Assembly (NCBI GenBank): GCA_014896235.1
Contig: JADBKU010000014.1
Coordinates: forward strand, 16,435-80,434
DNA length: 64,000 bases
Origin: a bacterium
Lineage (GTDB): Bacteria > Desulfobacterota > Binatia > Binatales > Binataceae
Direction: 5' to 3'
This document shows positions 28,184 to 38,559 of the stretch, one piece after another. A program made the position numbers and the translations under genes. Numbering within the stretch: the first letter of the stretch is position 1; every line of letters begins with the position of its first letter. The notes beneath the pieces were generated by a model, which saw only the letters and a program-made list of their open reading frames with translations, made no database searches and was not told the DNA's origin.

Positions 28184-28933
28184 TCAAAATCCCAGCACGG
28201 CAGGCAATTCGGCCAAATCGCCGATTATGAAGTCGGGTTGCGGCACGCCCTCGGGCAGCGCCGCGGCGCCTTTGCTGATCCACGCGGTGCGCATCCCAAC
28301 GTCGCGCGGACCTTTGACGTCTTCGCGCGGCGTGTCGCCGACGAACAGCACCTCGGCCGCGTCGAGCCGCATCATTTCGAGAATCCGCCGGTAGATTTGC
28401 GGGTTGGGTTTGCGCAGCCCCACTTCCGCGGAAATGATCACGGCCTCGAAAAGATGCGCGACGCCGGTGTCGCCGAGCACTTCGCGGCCGCATCGCGCAT
28501 CGTCGAAATTCGAGAGCAGCCCGAGGCGGAAATGCGGCGCCAGTTGGCGGACCGCCGCGGTTCGCAGCGCGGGGGCCCAAGTGACCGCGCGCACGCCGTC
28601 CATGTGGACGCGAGTGACTTCATCGGCGAGCGCGCGAATTTCGCTGTCGGGCAGCGGCGCGAGCCGCTTCATCGTGCGGATAAACCGTTCCTGGCAGGTT
28701 ATTTCGACGCCGTCGCGTTCGCGCTCGGCGTGAATTTCCTCGAGCACGCCGCGATATACATCGAGAAATCGCGCGAGGTCGAAGCGATTTCCGAGCCGGC
28801 GCTCGAGCGTCGGAATGACCCACGGAATCGTCGTGTGAACCTGCCGGCCGTCAAGCTCCATCAGCGGCAGCCGTTCCGGCTCCCACTTCACGATCGTGTC
28901 GAAAAGGTCGAAGACGACCGCCCGAAATTCCAT
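28184..28933 (-). CDS. HAD-superfamily hydrolase (subfamily IA-like)
   Basis: Motif I VVFDLFDT, motif II LLSNFD, motif IV FVGDTPREDV; 249 aa. Confidence 0.8.
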   Translation of the reverse strand: MEFRAVVFDLFDTIVKWEPERLPLMELDGRQVHTTIPWVIPTLERRLGNRFDLARFLDVYRGVLEEIHAERERDGVEITCQERFIRTMKRLAPLPDSEIRALADEVTRVHMDGVRAVTWAPALRTAAVRQLAPHFRLGLLSNFDDARCGREVLGDTGVAHLFEAVIISAEVGLRKPNPQIYRRILEMMRLDAAEVLFVGDTPREDVKGPRDVGMRTAWISKGAAALPEGVPQPDFIIGDLAELPAVLGF

Positions 28934-28934
28934 C

Positions 28935-29405
28935 TTAAATCCGCGGCGCCAAAGCCGAGGCCGTCGCCAGCAGAGCCAGCAAATCGAGGATCATCACGGC
29001 GCCGTTGAGCTGAACCGACAATCGATGCAGCCGGTCGAATTCAGCCTTCCGCGCCGGGTCGGGATTGGCCTCTTCGGCCACCGTGCGAATCGCATCGACC
29101 TGCGGCCGGACCACCGCGCCCGCATAGATCGTCAGGCCGAGCGCCACGGCGAGCATCAGCGCGGCAAGCGTCCAGGCGCCGTGCGGCGTGCGAGAAATCG
29201 CGAAATAAGCGCCAATTATCACCGAAATTACGCCGGCGACATAACCGAGCATGTAGTAGCGTGGAAAGATCGTGCTGACGACCTTGCCCGCCTCCGCGAT
29301 CTGCAGGTTGCCGAACAGCGCCGGCGCGACAAAGAAAGCGAAAAATGTCATCCCGCCCAACCAGAAGGTCAGGCTCAACAGGTACAAGAAAAGCGTAATA
29401 GTCAT
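28935..29405 (-). CDS. DUF4149-family membrane protein
   Basis: Four predicted TM segments and the N-terminal pattern LSLTFWLGGMTFFAFFVAPALF; 156 aa. Confidence 0.65.
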   Translation of the reverse strand: MTITLFLYLLSLTFWLGGMTFFAFFVAPALFGNLQIAEAGKVVSTIFPRYYMLGYVAGVISVIIGAYFAISRTPHGAWTLAALMLAVALGLTIYAGAVVRPQVDAIRTVAEEANPDPARKAEFDRLHRLSVQLNGAVMILDLLALLATASALAPRI

Positions 29406-29445
29406 CTTGATACGTATCCGCGTGTGCGCCGCCGTGGCCCGGCGC

Positions 29446-29871
29446 TCAGTTCAACCAGATTTTCGGCGCGCCGGGTATCGCCCGCCGCTGCGCAAAGCCG
29501 CCGTCTATCGGATGCCACGCACTGACGCCGGGCTCGCCGTATTGCCAGCAAAGAAAAACGATTTCGCCCCCGATTTCACCCGGAAAATCGATCAATCCAT
29601 GTTCGATATCCTTGAGGAAACACCCGAGCTTTTCGATTTCTCCCGCGATTTCCGCGATTTTGCCGGCGTATGGCGCCAACTCGGGATGCCGTTCGATGAT
29701 CCTCTGCAGCCGCATCGCGTCGATTTCCGGCTCGCTATCGATCAGTTTGGCGATTCTGGCGCGCAATTCGTTCGCGTTGAGTTGCAAATCGCAAATCAAC
29801 GCGGCGAGAGTCGGAATAAGCTCGTTGGCCTCTTCAAGAGTGAAAATTTTGTCAAACCGATGTTTTGACAA
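29446..29871 (-). CDS. DUF2203-family protein
   Basis: KIFTLEEANELIPTL.. coiled N-terminus, then GCFLKDIEHGLIDFPGEIGGEIVFLCWQYGEPGVSAWH; 141 aa. Confidence 0.7.
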   Translation of the reverse strand: MSKHRFDKIFTLEEANELIPTLAALICDLQLNANELRARIAKLIDSEPEIDAMRLQRIIERHPELAPYAGKIAEIAGEIEKLGCFLKDIEHGLIDFPGEIGGEIVFLCWQYGEPGVSAWHPIDGGFAQRRAIPGAPKIWLN

Positions 29872-30031
29872 GAGCGCCTCGCCGGGATGGCGCGCGGTCG
29901 CGGTCGTGCTTAATTTCTCCCTAGGGCAAACCGCCTTGTGCCTTCCCGAGACCGTATACTACGTTAACCGGAAGCGGCCGGGAAAGCGTGGGCGGAATCT
30001 TTTTGCCTGAGTGGTGAGGGCTAATCCAGAT

Positions 30032-32494
30032 ATGGCAGAACGCGCCAAGAGCGAAAAACGGTATGAGCCGGAAGAGGACCTGAGCAAGGTCGAACTGCCA
30101 GAGGTTTTGCCGGTGCTGCCGTTGCGCGGCATCGTCATCTTTCCAAGCCAGGTCCATCCGTTCCTCGTCTCCCGCGCCTCCTCGCTCAAGTTGATCGAGG
30201 AATGCGGCGGCGCCACGAGCATCATCGGCTTGACCGCGCAGAAAAACCCGGAAGAGGAAAATCCGGCGCCGGAAGGACTCTATCCGCGCGGCACGGCGGT
30301 GCGCGTACTGAAGATGCTCAAGTATCCGGACGAAAGCGTCCGGGTGCTGGTGCAAGGGTTGGCGCGAATTGAAATCCGCGATTTCGTGCGGCGCGAGCCG
30401 TATTTTACCGCGCATGTCGCGCAGCTTGAGGAAATTTTCAAGCCTTCGCGCGAAGCCGAGGCGCTGCAGGCGAATCTGGTCAGCCAGTTTTCAAAATTCG
30501 TATCGCTGGTGCCTTACCTGCCCGACGAACTGCAGGTGATGGCGATGCAGTTGCGCGACCCCGCGCGCCTGACCGACATGGTCGCATCGTATCTGAAAAT
30601 CGCCGTCGAGGAGCTGCAGGATCTGCTCTCGACGCTCGACGTCCGCAGCCGTCTGGAAAAACTAATCGTGATCCTGAGCCGTGAGATCGAGCTGCTCGAA
30701 CTCGGCCACAAAATCCAGTCGCAGGTGCAATCCGAGCTGAACAAGAACCAGCGCGAGTATTATTTGCGCCAGCAGCTCAAGGCGATTCAAAAGGAACTCG
30801 GCGAGGGCGACGCGCGCACCGCGGAAATCGAGGATCTGGAAAAGAAAATCGAAGCCACGAAGATGCCCGAAGAGGCGCGCAAGGCGGCCGACAAGGAGCT
30901 CGAACGGCTGCGGATGATCCCGCCGGAATCGGCGGAGCATACCGTCGTCCGCACCTATCTGGATTGGCTGGTGAGCCTGCCGTGGAGCGTCTCGACCGAG
31001 GACAATCTCGATATCCACAACGCGCGCAAGGTGCTGGACGAGGACCATTACGATCTCGAAAAGGTCAAAGAGCGGATTCTCGAATTTCTCGCGGTGCGCA
31101 AGCTGAAGCAGGACACCAAAGGCCCCATCCTGTGCTTCGTCGGGCCCCCGGGCACCGGCAAGACCTCTCTTGGACGCTCGATCGCGCGGGCGCTCGGACG
31201 AAAATTCGTGCGGCTCTCGCTCGGCGGGATCCGGGACGAGGCCGAAATCCGCGGCCATCGCCGGACCTACATCGGTTCGCTCCCGGGACGAATCATTCAG
31301 GGATTGCGCAACGCCGGCTCCAACAATCCCCTCTTCATTCTCGACGAAGTGGACAAGTTGGGCGCGGATTTTCGCGGCGATCCGGCGTCGGCCCTGCTTG
31401 AGGTGCTCGATCCCGAACAGAACAATACGTTCGCCGATCATTATCTCGACGTGCCCTTCGATCTGTCGCGCGTGCTCTTTCTGACCACCGCGAACGTGCT
31501 CGACACGATTCCGCCCGCTCTGCGCGATCGGATGGAAGTGCTGGAACTGCCGGGCTACACGGAGGAAGAAAAACTCAAAATCGTTCAGCGTTACCTGATT
31601 CCGCGCGAGCTTGGGGAAAACGGACTCGGCGATCGCAAGATCGAATTCGCTCCGGAGGCGATCGCGGAGATTATCCGCAGCTACACGCGCGAGGCGGGAC
31701 TGCGCAACCTCCAGCGCGAGATCGCGCGGATTTGCCGGAAAATCGCCCGTTCGATCACCGAAGGCGAGACGGCACCCGAGCTGATCACGCCCGATATGCT
31801 CAAGAAGTATCTCGGACCGCCGAAATTCTTCGCCGAAGTCGCCGAGCGCACGAACGAACCCGGCGTCGCCACCGGACTCGCGTGGACGCCCAACGGCGGC
31901 GACATCATTTTCATCGAAAGCACGCGGATGACCGGCCAGAAGGGGCTGACGCTCACCGGTTCGCTGGGCGACGTGATGAAAGAATCGGCGCAGGCCGCGC
32001 TTTCCTACATCCGCTCGCGCGCGGACCGGCTTGGCGTGCCGGCGGACTTCTTTGATAAAGCCGACCTGCATATTCACGTCCCCGCCGGCGCGATTCCCAA
32101 GGACGGCCCGTCGGCCGGCGTCACGATCGCGGCGTCGCTCGCTTCGCTCCTGACCGGACGCCCGGTCCGCGCGGACGTGGCGATGACCGGCGAGATCACG
32201 CTGCGGGGCAAGGTGCTGCCGGTGGGCGGCATCAAGGAAAAAGTGCTGGCCGCGCGCCGCGCAGGAATTCATACGGTGATTTTGCCGCGCCGCAACGAGA
32301 GCGACCTCGAGGATATCCCGCCCGAGGTCCGCGCCGAGATGGAGATAATCTTCGTCGATACCGTTGACGAAGTGCTCGATCATGCGCTGCGCGCCCCGGC
32401 CTCGGCTGACGGCGTCGTCGGAGTCGGGCGCGCCGCCGCCGGGGACGCATCCGAAGAAGAGCCGGCGGCCGCGGCTTCCGGTCGGGCCACGTGA
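30032..32494 (+). CDS. lon: ATP-dependent Lon protease
   Basis: LON N-domain ([13 protein letters not shown]), Walker [10 protein letters not shown], Walker B FILDEVDK, protease Ser site [12 protein letters not shown] and Lys (..[10 protein letters not shown]). The start could be ATG 30032 or GTG 30011. Confidence 0.95.
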   Translation: MAERAKSEKRYEPEEDLSKVELPEVLPVLPLRGIVIFPSQVHPFLVSRASSLKLIEECGGATSIIGLTAQKNPEEENPAPEGLYPRGTAVRVLKMLKYPDESVRVLVQGLARIEIRDFVRREPYFTAHVAQLEEIFKPSREAEALQANLVSQFSKFVSLVPYLPDELQVMAMQLRDPARLTDMVASYLKIAVEELQDLLSTLDVRSRLEKLIVILSREIELLELGHKIQSQVQSELNKNQREYYLRQQLKAIQKELGEGDARTAEIEDLEKKIEATKMPEEARKAADKELERLRMIPPESAEHTVVRTYLDWLVSLPWSVSTEDNLDIHNARKVLDEDHYDLEKVKERILEFLAVRKLKQDTKGPILCFVGPPGTGKTSLGRSIARALGRKFVRLSLGGIRDEAEIRGHRRTYIGSLPGRIIQGLRNAGSNNPLFILDEVDKLGADFRGDPASALLEVLDPEQNNTFADHYLDVPFDLSRVLFLTTANVLDTIPPALRDRMEVLELPGYTEEEKLKIVQRYLIPRELGENGLGDRKIEFAPEAIAEIIRSYTREAGLRNLQREIARICRKIARSITEGETAPELITPDMLKKYLGPPKFFAEVAERTNEPGVATGLAWTPNGGDIIFIESTRMTGQKGLTLTGSLGDVMKESAQAALSYIRSRADRLGVPADFFDKADLHIHVPAGAIPKDGPSAGVTIAASLASLLTGRPVRADVAMTGEITLRGKVLPVGGIKEKVLAARRAGIHTVILPRRNESDLEDIPPEVRAEMEIIFVDTVDEVLDHALRAPASADGVVGVGRAAAGDASEEEPAAAASGRAT

Positions 32495-32659
32495 AACCCC
32501 GGTCCGACCACGAAAACGGCTCGCGCTTGACCGGCGCCGGGCGGCTCCGTACACCAATTTCAGCAACGGCGTGAGTTCGGTCCGCGGTTCGCTGAACCGT
32601 CTCGACGAGATGAATCCGGAGCTTCTGGCGCACGGCGCCAAGGCGCATCAGCGCCCTGA

Positions 32660-34131
32660 TTGCATATGCGTATCGCGATCGTTGCGGCCGAAATCGGGCC
32701 GTGGGCAAAAGTCGGCGGACTCGCCGACGTAATCGGGGCGCTGCCGCGCGCGCTCGCCAATCGCGGCGCCGAGACATGCGTAATTGCGCCAGCGTATCCC
32801 GCGTTGACCGCGGCGCTTAAACCGAATCAGCTCGGAGATTTCCGCTCGGTCGAGATGGGCGGGGCGAACGAATCGTATCGTGTGCTTGGCGCCAATACGC
32901 CCGCCGGTATTCCGCTGTTCCTGATCGATCATCCGGAGATGTTCGGCCGGGCGGGAATTTACGGCGAAAACGGCAGGGAATACGGCGACAACGTACGGCG
33001 GTTCATTTTTTTTGGACGGGCGGCCGCGGCGGTCGCGGCCGACCTTGCGCGTCCTGACCTGATCCACGCGCACGATTGGCACGCCGCGGCTGCGGTGCTG
33101 GCGATGCGCGCGGAGCGAGCGATCCGCGATCGCATGAAATCCACGCTCGCCGTCTTCACGATCCATAACCTCGCTTTTCAGGGAATTTTCGAAAGCCACG
33201 ACTTTCCGCTGCTGGGCCTCGATTGGTCGTGGTACAGCGTCGAGGTATTGGAATTCTGGGGCCGCGTGAACCTGATGAAGGGCGCAATCGTTCTGGCCGA
33301 CGGCGTATCGACCGTCAGCCCCACTTATGCCTGGGAAATCGCGCACGATCCCGAATTGGGCTTCGGCCTTGACGGCGTGCTGAGAGCCAAAGGCGACCGC
33401 CTGACCGGCATTCTCAACGGCGCCGATTACGACGAATGGGATCCGGCGCGCGACCGTCTGATCCCGAAGCCTTATTCGCCGCGCCGCCGCGCCAACAAAA
33501 AATACTGCCTCGACGTGCTCCGCGACGATCTTCGCCTGCCGCATCCGGCAAATCCGCAGCCGTACCGATGATCGGGATGGTCACACGGATGACTCCGCAG
33601 AAGGGCGTGGACATCCTGGCGGAGGCGCTCGACACGCTGATGGCGCTCGATATCCAATTGGTTATGCTGGCGAGCGGAGACCCCGCGCTGGAAAAGATTT
33701 TTCAGCAGGCCCAAGAGCGTTACCCGGATCGGATGCGCCTGATTACGGGATTCGACAACTCGCTCGCGCACCGAATCATGGCGGCGAGCAACATGTTCCT
33801 GATGCCTTCGCGGTTCGAGCCCTGCGGGCTGACGCAGATGTACGCGCTGCGCTACGGCGCGGCGCCGATCGTGCGCGCCACGGGCGGGCTGCGCGATACG
33901 GTCAGCGAATTCAATCCGCGCACGCGAACGGGCAACGGATTCTTATTCTCCGAATACGAACCGACCGCGCTGAGCGGCGCGGTGGCGCGCGCCGTGGAAA
34001 TTTTCCGCCATCCGGCGAAATGGCAGGTGCTGGTCGGCAATTGTTTCCGCAGCGATTATTCGTGGGACCGCGCCGCCGGACAGTATCTGCAATGGTTCGA
34101 ACGACTGCGCGAGGAGCGGACCGCGGTATGA
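32660..34131 (+). pseudogene. glgA: Glycogen synthase GlgA, split by a -1 frameshift at about 33540-33568
   Basis: The N-terminal ORF (IAIVAAEIGPWAKVGGLADV..) ends ..NKKYCLDVLRDDLRLPHPANPQPYR*. The -1 frame continues ..VPMIGMVTRMTPQKGVDIL..PSRFEPCGLTQMYALRYGA..RATGGLRDTV. Confidence 0.85.
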
Positions 34132-34799
34132 GCGCGGGCGCGGCTACGAGCTCGCAGACCTACCATGTCTATGCCGACGGCTCGTGTCTCGGAAATCCAG
34201 GGCCGGGCGGATGGGCCGCGGTGATTGTGATGCCCGACGGAGCCTCGCGGACAATCTACGGCGGCGATCCGTCGACAACCAACAATCGGATGGAATTGAC
34301 GGCCGCGATCGAAGGCCTGCGCGTGATACCGGCGGGCGCGCGCGTCGTGCTGCGCAGCGACAGCCAATATCTCGTCAAGACCATGACGCTCGGATGGAAA
34401 CGGAACATGAACTCCGACTTGTGGCTCAAGCTGGACCATGAAGTCGGCGAACGTAAAGTGCGTTTCGAATGGGTCGAAGGACACGCCGGCGATCCGCTCA
34501 ACGAACAGGCCGATCGGCAGGCGCGCGCGGCGGCGGCGATCGCGGGAAAAACCGGACACGTCCACTACCACGGATTGCCAATCGTCGAAGAAGAACCGCC
34601 CGCATCCGCAGTTGAATCCGGCGAAGACGATGCAACGGTGCGGGAATTGCGTCCGCTGCTTGCCGCGGGCGAAAGCATACGTAAATGCGACGGATGCGGC
34701 CGCGCATTCGTCGCGGCCGCGAGTCAGCCAGACCGCCATTGCCAACTCGCGATGTGCCAGCTCAAGGCGCGGCGCTCCACTCGCCACCGAATTAAATAG
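34128..34799 (+). CDS. rnhA: Ribonuclease HI with a roughly 85-aa Cys-containing C-terminal extension
   Basis: YADGSCLGNPGPGGWAAV.., NNRMELTAAIEGL, SDSQYLV, WVEGHAGDPLNEQADRQA. ATGA overlap with the glgA stop. Confidence 0.85.
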   Translation: MSAGAATSSQTYHVYADGSCLGNPGPGGWAAVIVMPDGASRTIYGGDPSTTNNRMELTAAIEGLRVIPAGARVVLRSDSQYLVKTMTLGWKRNMNSDLWLKLDHEVGERKVRFEWVEGHAGDPLNEQADRQARAAAAIAGKTGHVHYHGLPIVEEEPPASAVESGEDDATVRELRPLLAAGESIRKCDGCGRAFVAAASQPDRHCQLAMCQLKARRSTRHRIK

Positions 34800-34823
34800 G
34801 CCGGGCGCAAGGTCATCGCACGG

Positions 34824-35855
34824 CTAGCGCTTGTCCGAGGCGGGAGGCGCCATCGGCGCCGCCGCTTGCGCCGCGGGCGTCATGCCCGCATCCGACGGTT
34901 TCTCCTCGCCCACCGCTTTCGCGCGCTGCGTGTCGCCGCCGCCATTCGGATGGCGAATCACGCTCATCGCGGTCGCGATCATGCCCGCCATGTCGGCCAT
35001 ATTGGCGGGCAGGATGAGCGTGTTGGTGTCCTTGGCCAGATTGCCGAACTGGGCTATGTAGTCGCTCGCGACGCGATATTGCACGGCTTCGAATCCGCCC
35101 GGGCCGGAAATCGCCTCGGCGACAGCGCGTATCCCTTCAGCGGTGGCCGTGGCCACCGCGCGAATCGCGGCGGCCCTGCCTTCCGATTCTTTTATCAACT
35201 GCTGCTTTTCGCCCTCGGCGCGATTGATCACCGATTCGCGCAAACCTTCGGAGCGATTGATTGCGGCGGTGCGTTCGCCTTCGGATTGCAGCACGGCGGC
35301 GCGTTTTTCACGCTCGGCCCGCATCTGCTTTTCCATCGCTTCGAGAATATCGGCGGGCGGCCGGATGGTTTTGATTTCGTAGCGGAGCACCTTGACGCCC
35401 CACGCTTCCGACGCCTTGTCGATCTCCGTAACGACGTTGGCGTTGATGTGCGCGCGTTCCTCGAACGTATGATCGAGCTCGATTTTGCCGATTTCGCTGC
35501 GCAGCGTCGTCTGCGCAAGCTGCTCGATCGCGAAGCGAAGGTTGGAGATGCCGTAAGTCGCCCGCTCGGCGTCAACGACCTTGTAGTAAAGGATGCCGTC
35601 CACGTGAACCATCACGTTGTCCTTGGTGATGCAGTCCTGCTCGGCGATGGTCGCGGCGACTTCGCGCAGATCGACCATCGCGCGCACCGAATCGACAAAG
35701 GGCATGAGGATTTGCAGCCCGCCGTAGGCGACGCGCTCGAACCGTCCCAGGCGCTCGATAATCCATGCGCTCTGCTGATCGACCACGCGCACGCTGGTAA
35801 GCAAGACGTAAACGATCAAAATCGCCAGCAATCCGCCGATAACAAGTCCGGTCAT
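34824..35855 (-). CDS. SPFH/band-7 (stomatin-like) protein
   Basis: N-terminal TM, then SPFH core (..ITKDNVMVHVDGILYYKVVD..LRSEIGKIELD..) and a coiled RAEREKRAAVLQSEGER region. Confidence 0.9.
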   Translation of the reverse strand: MTGLVIGGLLAILIVYVLLTSVRVVDQQSAWIIERLGRFERVAYGGLQILMPFVDSVRAMVDLREVAATIAEQDCITKDNVMVHVDGILYYKVVDAERATYGISNLRFAIEQLAQTTLRSEIGKIELDHTFEERAHINANVVTEIDKASEAWGVKVLRYEIKTIRPPADILEAMEKQMRAEREKRAAVLQSEGERTAAINRSEGLRESVINRAEGEKQQLIKESEGRAAAIRAVATATAEGIRAVAEAISGPGGFEAVQYRVASDYIAQFGNLAKDTNTLILPANMADMAGMIATAMSVIRHPNGGGDTQRAKAVGEEKPSDAGMTPAAQAAAPMAPPASDKR

Positions 35856-35874
35856 GGTTACCTTTCCGATGCGA

Positions 35875-36309
35875 TCATTCGGGACGCAGCCACAGCGTCA
35901 AGCCCTCGACGCGCAGCACGCGACATCGTTGCCCCTTGCGAATCACGGATGCGCCGGCGTTGCGCGCCGTCCACATCGAACCGCGCATCTCCGCCCTTCC
36001 GACGCCTTCGGCGGGCATGTCCGCGTCGGCCGTCGCCACCTCGCCGACCAGATAATCCATGTCGGCGGCCGGGCCGCGATTCGCGCGGAAGCGTCCCAAC
36101 AGGGGTTTGCGGAGCGCGAGCAGAATAACCACCGTCAGCGCCGCGAATAGCATCCATTGCGACCAATGCGGCGGCGCGGATACGAGCAGCGTTACGATCG
36201 CGACGATGAAGGCGGCCAATCCGGCGCAGAAAAGCGAAAAATCGTGCGTAAAGTGAAGTTCAATCGCGACGCACACGATTCCGAGGACAATCCACGCCCA
36301 CCAAACCAT
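35875..36309 (-). CDS. NfeD-family membrane protein (partner of the stomatin gene)
   Basis: Three TM segments plus the C-terminal OB-like GRAEMRGSMWTARNAG..RVLRVEGLTLWLRP. Directly upstream of the SPFH gene. Confidence 0.8.
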   Translation of the reverse strand: MVWWAWIVLGIVCVAIELHFTHDFSLFCAGLAAFIVAIVTLLVSAPPHWSQWMLFAALTVVILLALRKPLLGRFRANRGPAADMDYLVGEVATADADMPAEGVGRAEMRGSMWTARNAGASVIRKGQRCRVLRVEGLTLWLRPE

Positions 36310-36389
36310 CGCTTAACTCCTAATCTCGCACATCCGACAGAGAGCGTCGCGCATGGTCCGTCTGAGTGTCAATCAGATATGCTGCAGCC

Positions 36390-37508
36390 TCATAACGTGC
36401 GTTTCAGATTCAGCCCCGCCAGCATCATCATGAGCGCGGTAAAGACCAGCAGGAACGCTACGTCGCCGGTAATCGCGCGGAAGTCCGCGCCTTTGAACAG
36501 AATCGATTTAAGCGCGGCCACCGCGTGAGTTTCCGGATTGTACGCCGCGAATGCGCGCAGCCACGGCGGGAAACTTTCGACCGGATAAACCGCGCCGCTC
36601 GGAAAGAAAAGAATCACGTTGAGAAAGCCGGCCGAGGCGCCAACGATACGCGGATTGTCCGCGCGCGCCAGCAGCGCGAACGTCATCGCGAGAATTCCCG
36701 TCGCGCCCAGAACGATAATTCCGCACAGCATCAGGAAGGCGCGAAATCCGCCGACGATCGTCGCGCCGGTAATCAACAGGCCTGCGACCAGCACGACAAT
36801 AGCGGCGGCGCTCGTGACCAGCACGCTGCTGCCGAGCACGCCGCCGGCGACGTTCCATCGCGTCAGCGGCGTCACCAGGTAGCATTCGGTCAGGCCCATG
36901 AACCGGTCCATCACCCAGTTGAAGACCCCGGAAACCAGCGAGCCCATGAATAGCGCCATCACGATCACGCCCGGGATCAGCGAGCGATCGTAATCGACTG
37001 TGATGAAAAGATTGCTGGGGCGCAGGACGATTTCGTTGAGCTTGGGTTCGCGCGCGGTTACAAACCCCACACGGAGCGTCGCGACGGCCTGATTGAGCAA
37101 AGCTTCTATCGTCGCAGTGCTGATCGTATCAACGTTGTCGCAAAAAAGCCCGACCTCGCCGATCCGGCCTTCATCGATGTTGTGGCTGAAATCGTGCGGA
37201 ATCACGACGGCGGCCTTGTAGCGTCCTTCGCGGACCTGCTCGATTGCGGCCGCACGATCGTTTTCATAAGTGATCGTCACGGTTTTGGGGCCCGCGGCGA
37301 GCGCTTGCAGCTTTTCCATCATCCGCACGGCCCACGGACCGCTGTCTTCGCTCACGATTACGATCGGCAAATGTTTCAGCACGCCCTGAAACGAATTGCC
37401 GAAGATGACCAGGTAGATCACAGGCAGCATCACGCTGGTCAACAACGTCATCGGATTGCGCGAAAGCTTGAGCAGATCGCGCCGCATGACCGCCCACGTC
37501 TTCAGCAT
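36390..37508 (-). CDS. ABC-2 type transporter permease
   Basis: MLKTWAVMRRDLLKLSRNPMTLL.., a large extracytoplasmic loop, then 5 C-terminal TM segments. I chose the ATG at 37508, 22 nt after the ATPase stop. Confidence 0.8.
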   Translation of the reverse strand: MLKTWAVMRRDLLKLSRNPMTLLTSVMLPVIYLVIFGNSFQGVLKHLPIVIVSEDSGPWAVRMMEKLQALAAGPKTVTITYENDRAAAIEQVREGRYKAAVVIPHDFSHNIDEGRIGEVGLFCDNVDTISTATIEALLNQAVATLRVGFVTAREPKLNEIVLRPSNLFITVDYDRSLIPGVIVMALFMGSLVSGVFNWVMDRFMGLTECYLVTPLTRWNVAGGVLGSSVLVTSAAAIVVLVAGLLITGATIVGGFRAFLMLCGIIVLGATGILAMTFALLARADNPRIVGASAGFLNVILFFPSGAVYPVESFPPWLRAFAAYNPETHAVAALKSILFKGADFRAITGDVAFLLVFTALMMMLAGLNLKRTL

Positions 37509-37530
37509 CCGCGCTTCCACACCGGTTCGC

Positions 37531-38559
37531 TCATCGTCCTGGCGGGCGCGGCATGCCCATCGACATGCTGAAAAAGCCCGGCTTGCGGGAGGTTTCCTCA
37601 CGCAAACGGCGGCCCGTGAACTGGATGAACACGTCCTCCAGCGACATCCGTTCGAGCCTGATCGACGCGACCGACACGCCGGCTTCGTCCAGCGTCGCGA
37701 TCAGGCGCGGCATCACCCGCGCGCCATCGTCAACGGTGACGGCAATCTGCCCGGACCCGTCGCGCGCGACGGCGAGCGCGTATGGCTGCTGCTTGAGCAA
37801 CGCCACCGCGCGATCGCTTTCGCCCGTCACTTCCAGTTCGATCCGATCAGATCCTTTGACCATGGTTTTCAGTTCGGCAGGCGATCCAAGAGCGATAATT
37901 TTGCCGCCGTCAACGATCGCGATTCGGTCGCACAGCGCTTCAGCCTCATCCATGTAATGCGTGGTCAGCGAAATCGTCAGTCCGGTCTGGCCGCGGATGG
38001 CTTCGAGCAGGTCCCATACCGCGCGGCGGCTCTGCGGATCGAGGCCGATGGTCGGTTCGTCGAGAAATAGAACCTCGGGCGAATGAATCAGGCCGCGCGC
38101 GATTTCGAGCCGCCTTCGCATTCCGCCCGAATAGGTCGCGACCAGATCGCCGGCCCGTTCGCTGAGACCGACCAGCCGCAGCAGTTCGCGCGCCCGCTGA
38201 TGGCGAATGCGGCGGTGTATCCCATAGAACTCGCCGTAGATATCGACGTTTTCCCATCCGGTCAAATCAAGGTCCGAAGTCAACGCTTGCGGTATGACGC
38301 CGATGCGTTCGCGGACGCGTTCAGGCTGGCGGGTCACGTCGGCTCCGGCGACCGTCGCTTCGCCGACGGTCGGCGTGATCAGCGTGGTGAGCATCCGTGT
38401 AAGCGTGGTTTTTCCGGCGCCGTTCGGACCGAGCACGCCGAAGAGTTCGCCGCGGCGGACCTCGAATGTGACCGCGTCAACCGCCGCGAACGCGCCGAAG
38501 CGTTTAGTCAGCCCGCGCGCGGATATCGCCGCTCCGTTGGTATCCATCATCCCTGACAA
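37531..38559 (-). CDS. ABC transporter ATP-binding protein (DrrA/CcmA-like, single NBD with C-terminal accessory domain)
   Basis: Walker A GPNGAGKTT, signature YSGGMRRRL, Walker B LFLDEPTIGLD. The start is ambiguous (38559, 38550 or 38547) and overlaps the 3' end of the HlyD gene. Confidence 0.9.
   Translation of the reverse strand: MSGMMDTNGAAISARGLTKRFGAFAAVDAVTFEVRRGELFGVLGPNGAGKTTLTRMLTTLITPTVGEATVAGADVTRQPERVRERIGVIPQALTSDLDLTGWENVDIYGEFYGIHRRIRHQRARELLRLVGLSERAGDLVATYSGGMRRRLEIARGLIHSPEVLFLDEPTIGLDPQSRRAVWDLLEAIRGQTGLTISLTTHYMDEAEALCDRIAIVDGGKIIALGSPAELKTMVKGSDRIELEVTGESDRAVALLKQQPYALAVARDGSGQIAVTVDDGARVMPRLIATLDEAGVSVASIRLERMSLEDVFIQFTGRRLREETSRKPGFFSMSMGMPRPPGR

Noticed and set aside
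29872-30031. Heat-shock (sigma-32 or CIRCE/HrcA) control element upstream of lon
   Set aside because: There is no CIRCE inverted repeat. The CTTG...TATACT candidate has a 13-14-nt spacer and a poor match to the sigma-32 -10 (CCCCATNT).
938-33570. Programmed ribosomal frameshifting as an explanation for the hyhG and glgA frame breaks
   Set aside because: There is no slippery heptamer (X XXY YYZ) or obvious downstream stimulatory structure at either junction, and these families are not known to use recoding. A mutation or assembly error is more parsimonious.
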